Counted from the stretch's first letter, positions 8,030 to 20,192 are shown. The stretch is DNA of 64,000 nt from an uncultured Gammaproteobacteria bacterium (GCA_947258495.1 CAMYIN010000097.1:11229-75228), one strand, 5' to 3'. Numbers and translations: made by a program. Notes: generated by a model from the letters alone, not told the origin.

Positions 8030-9441
8030 TCGCGCATCAGCTCCGGGCCCCCTTCGTTCTTGCCCGTCGCCAGCCGTTTTTTCACATCGCGCAAGGCCGC
8101 CTGCAGCCCCTCTTCGATCGATGGGTGATAGAAGGGCATCTGCAGCAGGTTCGCTACTGTCTGTCGTTGTTGAATCGCCCACGCCAACAGATGGGCGAGA
8201 TGTTCACCGCCGGGCGCTATCATGCAGGCGCCCCGTAACCGCCCGTCCTGGCGGTCCGCGTAGAGGCGCAGTATTCCCTGGTTCCTGCCCATGATCAGCG
8301 CCCGCCCCAGGGCGTTGAAGCGGAATTCACCGACCGCCGTGGATTCCTCGTTCAGATCGCGGAACGACACGCCGGTGCTGGCGATGTTTGGATCCGTAAA
8401 AGTGATGGTCAACGGCGTGCGGCGTCGATAACGGACGATCGGGTCCGCCATCGCGTTGCCGCCCGCGGCGCGCCCTTCGTCGGAGGCTTCGTGCAGAATT
8501 TGACGATCGGCGTCGGCGTCTCCGGCAATAAAGATGGGGAATCCGTCGATCTGCATGGTCGCGGGATCGTAAACGGGCGTGCCCCGTGTATCGAGGGTCA
8601 CACCGATGCGTTCCAGTCCCAGGCCCTGCAGGTTCGGACGTCTCCCCATACAGGCCAGGACCTTGTCGACGTGCACACGGCGGTCTCCGCTGGCAACCCG
8701 CAGACGGTCGCCGTCCTCCCGCACCTCGGCCGCCTCGCCGAGCCACAGGCGGAACTCCTTCTGCAACAGCGTCACCGCGAGCTGGTTGACTACGGGGTCG
8801 TGGATGGCGCCAACGTACTGCAACGCGTCGAGCCCCGTCACCGCGACCCCCATGCGGCTCAACGCCTGGCCCAATTCGAGCCCGATCACGCCGAGCCCCA
8901 CCACGGCGACGGAAGCGGGCAGGGTCTCCTGCTCGAAGAAGTTATCGCTGGTCAGGACCCGGTGCCGGAAGGGCCGCCAGTCTTCCGGCACCACGGGGCT
9001 CGAGCCCGTGGCGATGACGACCTTGTCCGCACGGATGCGCTGCCCTGCCGCTTCGAGCACGTTCGGCTCGACGAAACGCGCATGGGCGCCGATGAATTCG
9101 TCGCCCAGGTTGTCGGTAGTGCCGGCGAGTACGCGGTCCACGAAGATATCGCGCAGGTCGCGAACGTGCTCCATGGCCGCCGCGTGGTCCAGACGCAGCG
9201 CGTCGGCGCCCTCTATGCCGAGCCGTCGAAAAATACGTCGACGCTGGAAATCGCCGGCCGCCTGGATGAACGCCTTGGAAGGCATGCAGCCGACCCGAGC
9301 ACAGGTCGTCCCCAGCTCGCCGCCGTCTAGCAACACGAAGTCGGCGGTAACACGTCGAACCTGCGACAGCGCCGCCAGACCCGCGGTGCCGGCGCCGATG
9401 ATGGCCACCTCGACGTGGCGGCTGACGCGGCCGTTGCTCAA
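8026..9441 (-). CDS. dihydrolipoyl dehydrogenase-like flavoprotein disulfide reductase
   Basis: IIGAGTAG, GTTCARVGCMPSK, GLGVIGLE, FYHPSIEE. Confidence 0.9.
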   Translation of the reverse strand: MSNGRVSRHVEVAIIGAGTAGLAALSQVRRVTADFVLLDGGELGTTCARVGCMPSKAFIQAAGDFQRRRIFRRLGIEGADALRLDHAAAMEHVRDLRDIFVDRVLAGTTDNLGDEFIGAHARFVEPNVLEAAGQRIRADKVVIATGSSPVVPEDWRPFRHRVLTSDNFFEQETLPASVAVVGLGVIGLELGQALSRMGVAVTGLDALQYVGAIHDPVVNQLAVTLLQKEFRLWLGEAAEVREDGDRLRVASGDRRVHVDKVLACMGRRPNLQGLGLERIGVTLDTRGTPVYDPATMQIDGFPIFIAGDADADRQILHEASDEGRAAGGNAMADPIVRYRRRTPLTITFTDPNIASTGVSFRDLNEESTAVGEFRFNALGRALIMGRNQGILRLYADRQDGRLRGACMIAPGGEHLAHLLAWAIQQRQTVANLLQMPFYHPSIEEGLQAALRDVKKRLATGKNEGGPELMRD

Positions 9442-9477
9442 GGTGCCGAAATCTCCGATGCAAACACCACTGTCTCG

Positions 9478-10566
9478 CTAAGCGACGTGTTTTTTTGCCA
9501 GGTAGTCGTGGGACTGCATCTCCACGAGCCGGCTGGCGGTGCGGGCGAACTCGTGCTGCATCCTCGCACCGTGATAGAGGTCGTCCGGCTCCGCCTCAGC
9601 CGACGCAATGAATTTGACATTGTGGTCGTACATGATGTCGATCAGGTTCACCAGACGGCGCGCCTTGTCTTCCGAATCCGCATCCAATCGCGGGATGTTG
9701 GACACGAGTACCGTGTGAAAACACCGAGCGATTTCCAGGTAGTCGTTCTGTGACCGCGGGCCGCCGCACAATTCCATGAAATCGAACCATACCACGCCGG
9801 TGGCATGACGCACGGTCCTGATGTTTCGTCCTTCAATCTCCAGCGTTATCCCGGCACGGCCGGGCTCCGACGCCAGATGTGTGAAGTTGTGGCGGAGTCC
9901 GTCCTCCGAGGTACGGTCGATTGGACAGAAGTAGGTGTTCGCACGGTCCAGAAACTGCAAGCGGTAATCGGCACCGCCGTCCAACTCGATTACCATCGTG
10001 TGCGCTTTGATTAGGTCGATGGCGGGCTGGAAACGGTCCCTCTGCAGACCGTTTTTATACAGCTCGTCTGGATGAATGTTCGAAGTAGCCACCAGCACGA
10101 CGCGCCGCGCCAGGAGGTGCTTGAGTAAGCCCCCAAGAATCATGGCGTCACCGATATCGTTGACGATGAATTCGTCGAAACACAGCACTCTGCTCGACTC
10201 GGCGAAGTTTTCACCGATTATCGAGAGCGGGTCGGGTCGATCGCGAAGCGATTTCAACTGTTCATGGGACTTTTTCATGAAACGGTGAAAATGCGTCCGC
10301 TTCTTTTCTTTGAACGGTAGACAATCGAAAAACAAATCCATGAGATAGGTCTTCCCGCGGCCTACGCCTCCCCACAAGTACGCACCTCGAGTTGGTTCCG
10401 AGGGCGATTTGCGATTGAACCAGGAAAGCAGGCCTGTGGATTCCGAGCGGCTCGCGATCAGGTCGTCGTACAATCGCTGCAGCTGGGCGATCGTCTTTTC
10501 CTGCGACGCGTCGCGTTTGAAATGGTTCTTTACCAGGTCGGCGTAATATCGATCAAGCAGGTTCAC
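9478..10566 (-). CDS. zapE: cell division ATPase ZapE (AFG1 family)
   Basis: GAYLWGGVGRGKTYLMDLFF, HFHRFM, LCFDEF, TSN, LYKNGLQR, RTASRL. Confidence 0.93.
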   Translation of the reverse strand: MNLLDRYYADLVKNHFKRDASQEKTIAQLQRLYDDLIASRSESTGLLSWFNRKSPSEPTRGAYLWGGVGRGKTYLMDLFFDCLPFKEKKRTHFHRFMKKSHEQLKSLRDRPDPLSIIGENFAESSRVLCFDEFIVNDIGDAMILGGLLKHLLARRVVLVATSNIHPDELYKNGLQRDRFQPAIDLIKAHTMVIELDGGADYRLQFLDRANTYFCPIDRTSEDGLRHNFTHLASEPGRAGITLEIEGRNIRTVRHATGVVWFDFMELCGGPRSQNDYLEIARCFHTVLVSNIPRLDADSEDKARRLVNLIDIMYDHNVKFIASAEAEPDDLYHGARMQHEFARTASRLVEMQSHDYLAKKHVA

Positions 10567-10734
10567 GCTGAGTGTATACCGATCGTGGAACGCGGGACGC
10601 CGTTGACCGCCCGCTGCGGGACGCGCAGTGGCCCCAATCGTCGGGCGCCTCAACCGGGCTCGCGTACAAAACGGCGCTCGGGGCCAGCGCTGTTGCCGTG
10701 CCTGGGCGGGGTTCGCATAGCCGCTGTCCGCAGC

Positions 10735-11079
10735 TTAGGTTTCCAGCCAGGCGCTGGCGCTTTCCATGTCTTCGAACTGCCGTACATCGGCGGCAACGAA
10801 TGCCCCTGCGAGCCAACCGACCCAGGCGTGCCATCCGTTGCTGGTTACCACGGCGATGCGCTCGTAATCGCGGGCGTGCTGTTTGTTGAATTTCAACTCC
10901 TCCAACGCCATGTCCATGCTGAAGCGCTCCATGTTGGTGAGATCAAACAATACGTTTACGTGATCGTATTCCCGCAATTCGCTGGTCACGGCGTCTTCGA
11001 ACTCCTGGAAATCGTTGAGCGTAAACTCAGCGTATACGTGAACCTTGAGAATATTGCCGTGTTCCTCGATCACAATCAT
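10735..11079 (-). CDS. STAS/SEC14 (SpoIIAA-like) domain protein
   Basis: 114 aa; VLFDLTNM, RIAVV, VRQF...A.AWL pattern; overlaps the rraA stop. Confidence 0.8.
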   Translation of the reverse strand: MIVIEEHGNILKVHVYAEFTLNDFQEFEDAVTSELREYDHVNVLFDLTNMERFSMDMALEELKFNKQHARDYERIAVVTSNGWHAWVGWLAGAFVAADVRQFEDMESASAWLET

Positions 11080-11567
11080 GCTGCAGGCTCCGTGATGTTC
11101 AGCTTTGTCTCGGATAGTACAATACCGTCCGTATCCGCGTACGCATATTCCCCAGGTGTAAATCGCACCCCGGCAAAACGGACGCTGATGTCTTTTTGTC
11201 CTTCTCCACGCTTGACGCTCTTGGTCGGGTTGGTATTGAGCGCCTTGACGCCAAAATCCATTGCCGCGATCTCCTCCGCATCCCGTATGCAGCCATAAAT
11301 GATGATCCCCGACCAGCCGCTATCCATGCCCAGTCGCGCCAGCTGATCACCGAGGAGGGCACAACGAAGGGAGCCTCCGCCGTCAACAACCAGCACTCTC
11401 GCGTCGCCCCGCTGGCCGAGGGTTTCCCGCATGAGAGAATTGTCTTCAAACAGCTTCAAGGTCGTAATTTCGCCGTGAAATCCTCGCCGTCCGCCGTAGT
11501 CTTTGAACTCCGGTGCGGCGACCTGAAGCTGCTCTCCGTACTGATCGTAGAGATCCGCCGTTTTCAT
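11076..11567 (-). CDS. rraA: RraA family protein (RNase E regulator / HMG aldolase-like)
   Basis: TADLYD, FEDNSL, VLVVDGGGSLRCALLGD, GCIRD, YADTDGI. Confidence 0.92.
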   Translation of the reverse strand: MKTADLYDQYGEQLQVAAPEFKDYGGRRGFHGEITTLKLFEDNSLMRETLGQRGDARVLVVDGGGSLRCALLGDQLARLGMDSGWSGIIIYGCIRDAEEIAAMDFGVKALNTNPTKSVKRGEGQKDISVRFAGVRFTPGEYAYADTDGIVLSETKLNITEPAA

Positions 11568-11666
11568 GATTGTTGTACTCCAGCTATGGATTCGACATTG
11601 TCGCTGTTATGGTCGATTGTGGGGGCGAAACAATAGACGGATGTTACGTCGCCCACGTGTTCCGGG

Positions 11667-12323
11667 CTACGGGCCGGGCATGATTTCCGCGAACGACCGG
11701 ATCGCCCTGAATGCTGTGATCTCACGTTCCGGTTGTTGCGAATCCGGTTGAAACACGGCGAGCACATGGCGTACGCCGTATGCCTGGGCCGCCCGCAACA
11801 CCTCGAGATTGTCATCGATAAGCATACTGCGGCGGGGATCGAACGGATTTCTCCGGTTCAGCAATCGCCAAAACCCCACCTCCTCCTTGGGCACGCCAAG
11901 CTCGTGGGAACAGATGATGGCATCGAAATGCGGACTCAGCCCGGTGTACTGCATCTTCACGCCAAGCGCTTTCTTGTGGGCATTGGTGACCAGCCTGATG
12001 TCGACGCCTCGCGTGCGCAGGGCCTGGAGAAACCGCACCACCGTGGGTTTGATCGAAATCTTGTGGGACAAATCGTGCTTGAGCTGCACGATATCCAATC
12101 CAAGTTTTTCCGACCAGTAATCCACGCAATACCAATCGAGCGAACCCTCGACTTCACGATATTTCGAGCGCAGTTCCCGCAGCGCAAGCTCGAATTCGAT
12201 TCCGTGTTTTTGCGCGAATTGCGCCGGTACGTGACTCAGCCAGAAATGATTATCGAAATGTAGATCCAGGAGCGTGCCGTCCATATCCAGCAAGACGGTA
12301 TCGATGCCATCCCAATCAAGCAT
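11667..12323 (-). CDS. yrfG: GMP/IMP nucleotidase (HAD)
   Basis: IDTVLLDMDGTLLDLHFDNHFW, LDWYCVDYWS, VTNAH, PKE, IDDN; divergent from nudE. Confidence 0.9.
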   Translation of the reverse strand: MLDWDGIDTVLLDMDGTLLDLHFDNHFWLSHVPAQFAQKHGIEFELALRELRSKYREVEGSLDWYCVDYWSEKLGLDIVQLKHDLSHKISIKPTVVRFLQALRTRGVDIRLVTNAHKKALGVKMQYTGLSPHFDAIICSHELGVPKEEVGFWRLLNRRNPFDPRRSMLIDDNLEVLRAAQAYGVRHVLAVFQPDSQQPEREITAFRAIRSFAEIMPGP

Positions 12324-12417
12324 TGTGTCTCCGAGCCAAGTTCTCAGTACCAACGGAATGTCCGTGTCGTGCCTCTGCGGTCGGACGTCTTCGCTATAAT
12401 GTTCGAAACGAGCAGCT

Positions 12418-12981
12418 ATGCAGACACAAACGCCCATGAAACCCGAGATCACCAGCCGCCAAATCATCGCCCGAACCAGGAAGTTCTTGATCGAGCGCGT
12501 GGGGCTGCGGTTCGACAACGGGGCCGAGGTAGAATACGAACGCCTGCGCAGCCGCGGCGTCGGCGCGGTCATGATTATACCCTTATTGCAGGGCGACACT
12601 TTGCTGTTGGTGCGCGAGTACGCGGCCGGACTCGACCGTTATGAGCTGGCTTTCCCGAAAGGACTCATAGACGCGGAAGAATCGATCGAGGCCGCGGCGG
12701 ACAGAGAGCTGAAAGAGGAGGTCGGATTCGGTTCTCGCCGCCTGACGACGCTACGAACCGTATCCGTCGCCCCGGGTTACGCCAACTTTGAAACCCACAT
12801 TGTGCTCGCGGAGGATCTCTACCCCCAACGCCTGGTTGGGGATGAGCCGGAACCGATCGAGGTCGTGCCGTGGAAACTCGCCGATATCGCCTCGCTCCTG
12901 AGGCAGGAGGATTTCGTTGAGGCGCGGAGTATAGCGGCGGTGTACCTCCTGAACAGGCATCTCGAGGCGAACCGTGATTAA
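12418..12981 (+). CDS. nudE: ADP compounds hydrolase NudE
   Basis: LRFDNG..YERL, REYAAG, FPKGLID, RELKEEVG Nudix box, GDEPEP. Confidence 0.93.
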   Translation: MQTQTPMKPEITSRQIIARTRKFLIERVGLRFDNGAEVEYERLRSRGVGAVMIIPLLQGDTLLLVREYAAGLDRYELAFPKGLIDAEESIEAAADRELKEEVGFGSRRLTTLRTVSVAPGYANFETHIVLAEDLYPQRLVGDEPEPIEVVPWKLADIASLLRQEDFVEARSIAAVYLLNRHLEANRD

Positions 12982-13813
12982 TCCGCGTGATTTCCCGGTA
13001 GTGGCCTCCGAGGTCAGCCGCATCGCCCACGCGGCGGGCGCGCGGATACTGGACATCTACGAGCGCGGATTCGAGGTCTATACCAAGAGCGACGGATCGC
13101 CATTGACCACCGCCGATCGCGCGTCTCACGAGTACATCGTCGAGCAGTTGAGCGTCATCGACAGCGAGGTGCCGGTGTTGTCCGAGGAATCCGCGGAGGA
13201 CTCGTACAGCGGCCGGCGCAACTGGAAGCAGTTCTGGTTGGTCGATCCCATAGACGGAACCCGCGAGTTCGTAAAGCGCAACGGTGAATTTACCGTCAAT
13301 ATCGCGCTTATCGATGAGCGTCGTCCGGTGCTGGGTGTGGTGCACACGCCGGTGAAGGGGCTGACGCATTGGGCGCATGACGGTGGGCCGGCACGCCGCG
13401 GCAACGGGCGCGCGCAGACCAGGATCATACGTGCGAGAGAGTATCACGGCGGTCCGGCAAAGGTGGTTGCCAGCCGCTCCCACGCGCGTGACTCGCTGAT
13501 CCGTTTCTTGCACAGGCTGAAACAGCGAGAAGGCGGCTACGACGTCACCAATATGGGCAGCGCGTTGAAGATCTGTCTCATTGCGGAGGGCCGGGGGGAT
13601 GTCTATCCGAGGCTCGGCCCGACCTACGAGTGGGACACGGCGGCGGCGCAGTGCGTTCTCGAAGCGGCGGGTGGCAAGCTCACCGACTGCAGCGGCGCTT
13701 CGCTTCGCTACAACAAGAAGTCCCTGCTCAACCCGTGGTTCGTCGCCACCGGCGCGGGCGATTACGATTGGTACGGTCTTTTCGAGGGAATAACAGGGGC
13801 GTCGGCCGAGTAG
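12974..13813 (+). CDS. cysQ: 3'(2'),5'-bisphosphate nucleotidase
   Basis: KSDGSPLTTAD, LSEE, WLVDPIDGTREF, SRSH, GSALK, EWDTAA. Confidence 0.95.
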   Translation: MINPRDFPVVASEVSRIAHAAGARILDIYERGFEVYTKSDGSPLTTADRASHEYIVEQLSVIDSEVPVLSEESAEDSYSGRRNWKQFWLVDPIDGTREFVKRNGEFTVNIALIDERRPVLGVVHTPVKGLTHWAHDGGPARRGNGRAQTRIIRAREYHGGPAKVVASRSHARDSLIRFLHRLKQREGGYDVTNMGSALKICLIAEGRGDVYPRLGPTYEWDTAAAQCVLEAAGGKLTDCSGASLRYNKKSLLNPWFVATGAGDYDWYGLFEGITGASAE

Positions 13814-14166
13814 CGAGACCAGTCGCCGTGCTCTACGATGGGTTCCTTGCCCGTCGCACGCCGATAAAGGTATATCCAGGCGAGGCCTGCGCGGGTGACG
13901 ATGCGTTCCCGCCCGTACTCCAGCGGGCAGTCCTCGATCGCGTCCAATTGCGCGAGGCTGGCGCCGGAAACGCGGTATATTTCACCGACAATGGCGTGAT
14001 GCCCGCAGGCTATAACGCCGGGATAGGCGCCGACGACGAGCATGGTGTACGCGGGCTCGGTCCTGTGCAGGCCGAGAAAGGGCGAGGCGTACAGCAGATG
14101 GTGATTTCGCTGACCGCGTCGCAGACTGCCGTAGACGAAAATCAGGTCTCGCTGTAAGGTTTGCAT
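13762..14166 (-). CDS. gamma-glutamylcyclotransferase family protein
   Basis: FVYGSLRRGQRNH, YPG, GEIY, LDAIE, AWIY, GDW; 3' end overlaps cysQ. Confidence 0.85.
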   Translation of the reverse strand: MQTLQRDLIFVYGSLRRGQRNHHLLYASPFLGLHRTEPAYTMLVVGAYPGVIACGHHAIVGEIYRVSGASLAQLDAIEDCPLEYGRERIVTRAGLAWIYLYRRATGKEPIVEHGDWSRYSADAPVIPSKRPYQS

Positions 14167-14244
14167 CTCAGATCTACAGTACAGGAACGGCGAAAAGAGC
14201 GTCGACGATTCCAGGACGATTTTCCTCCTCGCCGGAAATGCAGC

Positions 14245-14922
14245 ATGAAGCGTATCCCGGAAGCGGAAATGATGAACGACGCGGCGCAGGCCGCTGCTTA
14301 CGCCGGCGCCGACTTCGTACAGCCGAACACCCTGTTCGTCGACACCTTCGCACGCTGTTTCCCGGATTTCAACGGCTGTTGGATGATAGATCTCGGCTGC
14401 GGACCCGCCGACATTCCGATTCGCTTTGCGCGCGCCTACCCGGGTCTGCAACTGGTGGCGGTCGATGGCGCCGATGCCATGATCGCGCTGGCCTCCGAAG
14501 CGGTGCAGCACGCCGGGATGACGGCGCGCGTGCAGCCTGTCCGCTGGCGTCTGGGACGAGAGCCCGCGCCCGAAGTCGCGCAACGATCGTTCGACGCCGC
14601 AATCAGTAACAGCCTGCTGCATCACATGGCGGATCCTCGCGTTCTTTGGAGCACGATCCTACAATGCGTCGAACCCGCCGCGCCGGTGTTGGTGATGGAT
14701 CTCGAGCGTCCACGGGATGAGGCCCGTGCCCGCGACATGGTCGAAGAGCACTCCGGTGATGAACCCGCGATATTGAAACACGATTTCTTCCACTCTCTGC
14801 TCGCCTCCTACCGCGTGGAGGAAGTGCGCACACAACTCGATACCGCCGGATTGCCGCATTTCAAGGTCGAACGGCTCGGCGATCGGCATCTGGTAGCCTA
14901 CGGCCGGACCGGATGCGCTTGA
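14245..14922 (+). CDS. class I SAM-dependent methyltransferase
   Basis: IDLGCGPAD, VDG, FDAAISNSLLHH, DLERP. Confidence 0.88.
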   Translation: MKRIPEAEMMNDAAQAAAYAGADFVQPNTLFVDTFARCFPDFNGCWMIDLGCGPADIPIRFARAYPGLQLVAVDGADAMIALASEAVQHAGMTARVQPVRWRLGREPAPEVAQRSFDAAISNSLLHHMADPRVLWSTILQCVEPAAPVLVMDLERPRDEARARDMVEEHSGDEPAILKHDFFHSLLASYRVEEVRTQLDTAGLPHFKVERLGDRHLVAYGRTGCA

Positions 14923-15036
14923 GCGGAGGAAAACGGCTTCGGGTTCGGAGGCGGACGCCGTGCTTTCGCTGCGGGCGGGGGGTGCAGTCCGTCGATCGCC
15001 GCACCGGCGTCCGGGGTCGATGGTGTGTGTTAGCGG

Positions 15037-15309
15037 TTACTCTTGTTGCGACGACCCGGAACCGGCGGAGTCGCTGCCCGGCGTGGTTTTCAGCCGATTC
15101 CACCAACGACGGATTCTGGCGTTGGATCTTTTCACCCAGGGGAAATCCACCGATAGCAACACGGCTCCCAGCGGCAACATCCAGAAGCCGAAGACAGGCA
15201 GGGCTCCAAAGATGCCGCCAATTACCAGTAAAATGCCGGCGGAGACGCGCACGCTTTTTCTGGGATGCGTCTTCAGGTCGTGGAATTTTCCGGTGACGTA
15301 GGATTTCAT
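15037..15309 (-). CDS. small membrane protein (PGPGW-like)
   Basis: GILLVIGGIFGALPVFGFWMLPLGAVLLSVDFPW hydrophobic hairpin. Confidence 0.7.
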   Translation of the reverse strand: MKSYVTGKFHDLKTHPRKSVRVSAGILLVIGGIFGALPVFGFWMLPLGAVLLSVDFPWVKRSNARIRRWWNRLKTTPGSDSAGSGSSQQE

Positions 15310-15364
15310 GCCGTTACCGGCCCCCGGGTTTGGCGGTGGCAATATAGCTCAGCACGTACTATCG

Positions 15365-16195
15365 ATGCGCATGAATTTCACAAAAATGCAGGCCCTCGGC
15401 AACGATTTTGTTGTTATTGATGCCATATCGCAAGCGGTTTCGATGGATCGCGAACGAGCGAAAAAGATCGCGGACCGGCGCCTGGGAGTGGGCTGCGATC
15501 AGATCTTGATGGTCGAGCGGGCCTCGCGCGACGACGTGGATTTTCGTTTTCGCGTCATCAATGCCGACGGTGGTGAAGTCGCGCAATGCGGTAACGGCGC
15601 GCGTTGTTTCGCGCTGTTCGTGCGCCAACACGGTTTGACGCAGAAGAACGAGATGAGACTGGAGACCGCGGCGGACATCCTGGTGGTGACGTTGTCGCCA
15701 AACGGAGAAGTGTGCGTCAATATGGGTGTTCCCCGGTTCGCGCCGGAGGACATTCCCTTAATCGCCGAGCGACGCCGGGAAGTGTACGATCTCGAGTTGG
15801 AACGGCAGACGGTCGAAATATCGGCGCTTTCCCTGGGCAATCCCCACGCGGTGCAAATCGTCGAAGACGTGGACCGCGCCCCGGTGTCTCAGCAGGGCCC
15901 TCTGATCGAGGGCCATGCGCGATTTCCGCAGCGCGCCAACGCGGGGTTCATGCAGATCTGTTCTCGCGACCGCATCCGTCTGCGCGTGTTCGAGCGCGGC
16001 GCGGGGGAGACCATGGCTTGCGGCAGCGGCGCCTGCGCAGCGGTGGTCGCCGGCCACCAGCGTGGTCTGCTGGACGATAGCGTCAGCGTGGATCTGCCTG
16101 GAGGTTCGCTGCGCGTTCGATGGTCCGGAAACGCAAAGCCGGTATACCTGACGGGGCCGGCGCAATCGGTGTTTGATGGAGAAATAGAACTGTAA
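15365..16195 (+). CDS. dapF: diaminopimelate epimerase
   Basis: FTKMQALGNDF, GVGCDQ, NADG..CGNG, GNPH, ERGAGETMACGSG. Confidence 0.97.
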   Translation: MRMNFTKMQALGNDFVVIDAISQAVSMDRERAKKIADRRLGVGCDQILMVERASRDDVDFRFRVINADGGEVAQCGNGARCFALFVRQHGLTQKNEMRLETAADILVVTLSPNGEVCVNMGVPRFAPEDIPLIAERRREVYDLELERQTVEISALSLGNPHAVQIVEDVDRAPVSQQGPLIEGHARFPQRANAGFMQICSRDRIRLRVFERGAGETMACGSGACAAVVAGHQRGLLDDSVSVDLPGGSLRVRWSGNAKPVYLTGPAQSVFDGEIEL

Positions 16196-16220
16196 CAACA
16201 TCCAAGCAATTGGAGGACAA

Positions 16221-16928
16221 ATGACGCCAAAGCCCAGTGTAGAGCAGGTGGATGCCGCAGACGACGAACACAAAATCGTCAATTACTTGCGAATTCATGG
16301 AGATTTTTTCGTACGCCACCCCGATTTGCTTCTGGAGATGACGCTGCCGCACGATGCCGGCAGCGGCGTCTCGCTGATCGAGCGCCAGGTACTCGAATTA
16401 CGCGCTCAGAACGACACCCTCAAAAAGAAGTTGAGCGCATTGGTGGCGAACGCGCGGCACAACGAGCGGCTGCATCAGCAGATGCACGAGGTTCTGCTTG
16501 CGGTGGTGCGCCAACCCGATATCCGCAGTGTGCTGGAGAGTCTTGCGGGGACGATCAAGCAGCAATTCGCGCTCTCGCTCGCAGTGCCGCGCATCGCGAA
16601 CGTAGATTGGCAGTCGCACGAATGTGAGTATATGGTCGATGCCGATGATGCGAACTACCGCAAGCTGCGCGCTCGCATCGCCCACGGCAGAAGCGTCTGC
16701 GACGACCGTTTGCCGAGCGAAATACTCACCTGGCTGTTCGGCGACGAGGCGGCAACCGTGGGCTCCTGCGTCTTGGTCCCACTGGGAGGAAGTGAGCCGG
16801 TTGGCTTTCTCGCCCTGGCGGCGCACGACGAAAGCCGTTTTCGCTCGGACCTGGATACGATGTTCCTGGATCGATTGGGCGCCGTCGTCGGCGCGTTGAT
16901 GCAACGCCTGTTGATCGACAATCCGTGA
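16221..16928 (+). CDS. DUF484 (YigA) family protein
   Basis: FF.RHPDLL..M.LPH, SLIERQ, LR..N; typical position between dapF and xerC. Confidence 0.88.
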   Translation: MTPKPSVEQVDAADDEHKIVNYLRIHGDFFVRHPDLLLEMTLPHDAGSGVSLIERQVLELRAQNDTLKKKLSALVANARHNERLHQQMHEVLLAVVRQPDIRSVLESLAGTIKQQFALSLAVPRIANVDWQSHECEYMVDADDANYRKLRARIAHGRSVCDDRLPSEILTWLFGDEAATVGSCVLVPLGGSEPVGFLALAAHDESRFRSDLDTMFLDRLGAVVGALMQRLLIDNP

Positions 16929-17827
16929 ATCCGAGTTCCAAGCAGCAGCTCGCGGGATTCAGGGAGCATCTCTGCACCGAACGGCGCATGTCGCCCCATA
17001 CGCAGGTGGGCTATCGTCGGGACCTGGAATCCCTGGTGAGATACTGCGCAGTTGCGGGCGTAGCGCGGTGGCGAGATCTGGACGTGCACCGCGCGCGCAA
17101 CTTCATCGCTTATCTGCACAAGGCCGGTCTCTCGGGAAGAAGTATCCAGCGCGCGCTTTCGGCGGCGCGGACTTTCTACGCCTATCTGGCGCGCGAGCGG
17201 GCGGTGAGCAAGAATCCCTTTCTCGGGCTGCGGGCGCCGAGGCAGGAGAAAAGGCTCCCAGCGGCCCTGACCACAGACCAGGTGGCGTTGCTGGTGTCGG
17301 TGAAGGCGAAAGAACCCTTGGCGCTGCGGGATCGGGCGATCATGGAGTTGTTGTATTCGTCCGGTCTGCGTTTGTCGGAGCTCGTAGACCTGGATCTGGA
17401 CCATCTGGATGTTCCGCAGTCGCTGGTGCGTGTTCGCGGCAAGGGAGGAAAATCGCGGGAGGTGCCCGTCGGCCGATGGGCGCTGCTGGCGATAGAGGAA
17501 TGGAGGGGACCGCGCGCCGCGATCGCCGCTGCGCAGGAGCAGGCGTTGTTTGTTACAAGACGAGGCGGGCGTATGTCGGCGCGAGCAGTGCAACATCGAA
17601 TACGATACTGGGGACAGAGACAGGGTCTCGGCGTGTCCGTGCACCCCCACATGTTGCGGCACAGCTTTGCAAGTCATCTGCTGGAATCCAGCGGCGAACT
17701 GCGGGCGGTCCAGGAGCTCCTGGGTCACGCCAATATCAGTACCACGCAGGTCTATACCCACCTCGACTTTCAGCACCTCAGCAAGGTCTACGACCGCGCG
17801 CACCCCCGGGCCAAGAAGAAATCGTAG
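16925..17827 (+). CDS. xerC: tyrosine recombinase XerC
   Basis: RDRAIMELLYSSGLRLSEL, GKGGK, HPHMLRHSFASH, LGHA, TTQVYTH; dapF-yigA-xerC context. Confidence 0.95.
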   Translation: MNPSSKQQLAGFREHLCTERRMSPHTQVGYRRDLESLVRYCAVAGVARWRDLDVHRARNFIAYLHKAGLSGRSIQRALSAARTFYAYLARERAVSKNPFLGLRAPRQEKRLPAALTTDQVALLVSVKAKEPLALRDRAIMELLYSSGLRLSELVDLDLDHLDVPQSLVRVRGKGGKSREVPVGRWALLAIEEWRGPRAAIAAAQEQALFVTRRGGRMSARAVQHRIRYWGQRQGLGVSVHPHMLRHSFASHLLESSGELRAVQELLGHANISTTQVYTHLDFQHLSKVYDRAHPRAKKKS

Positions 17828-18064
17828 CGCATTCGCGGTGCGGCACGGCGGCATGAACTCGCGGTCTCCGCGGCCTGATCGCAGGTGATAAAAGTTGTCC
17901 AAGTGCGCTATCATACGCCGCTCGCAGCCACGCCTTCCGCGTGTCCCGGGGCCATCGCGAGGCGGCGAAGCCTATTCGAAACGAACCGGTAATCCGAGCG
18001 AAAACGCTCATTCGCTGAGCGGAAACGCGCTACAAACACAACAAGACATCGTGAAGGGGAGATT

Positions 18065-20074
<2,010 letters not shown>

Positions 20075-20109
20075 CACCGCGGTTTTCTCCGGTCGCGGCG
20101 ATTCAGAAT

Positions 20110-20136
20110 AAGGGGCCCCGCGTCACGGGGCTTCTT
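20110..20136. terminator. hairpin terminator between convergent genes
   Basis: AAGGGGCCCCG-cgtca-CGGGGCTTCTT stem-loop 35 nt after the hppA stop. Confidence 0.65.
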
Positions 20137-20192
20137 ACGCTACGGGCACGCGCCGGTGTCCGCTGTGCGGCCAGCCTCGGCAGCGGCTCGGG

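Noticed and set aside
16925-17827. Tyrosine recombinase as evidence of a mobile element
   Set aside because: Housekeeping xerC in the dapF-yigA-xerC context
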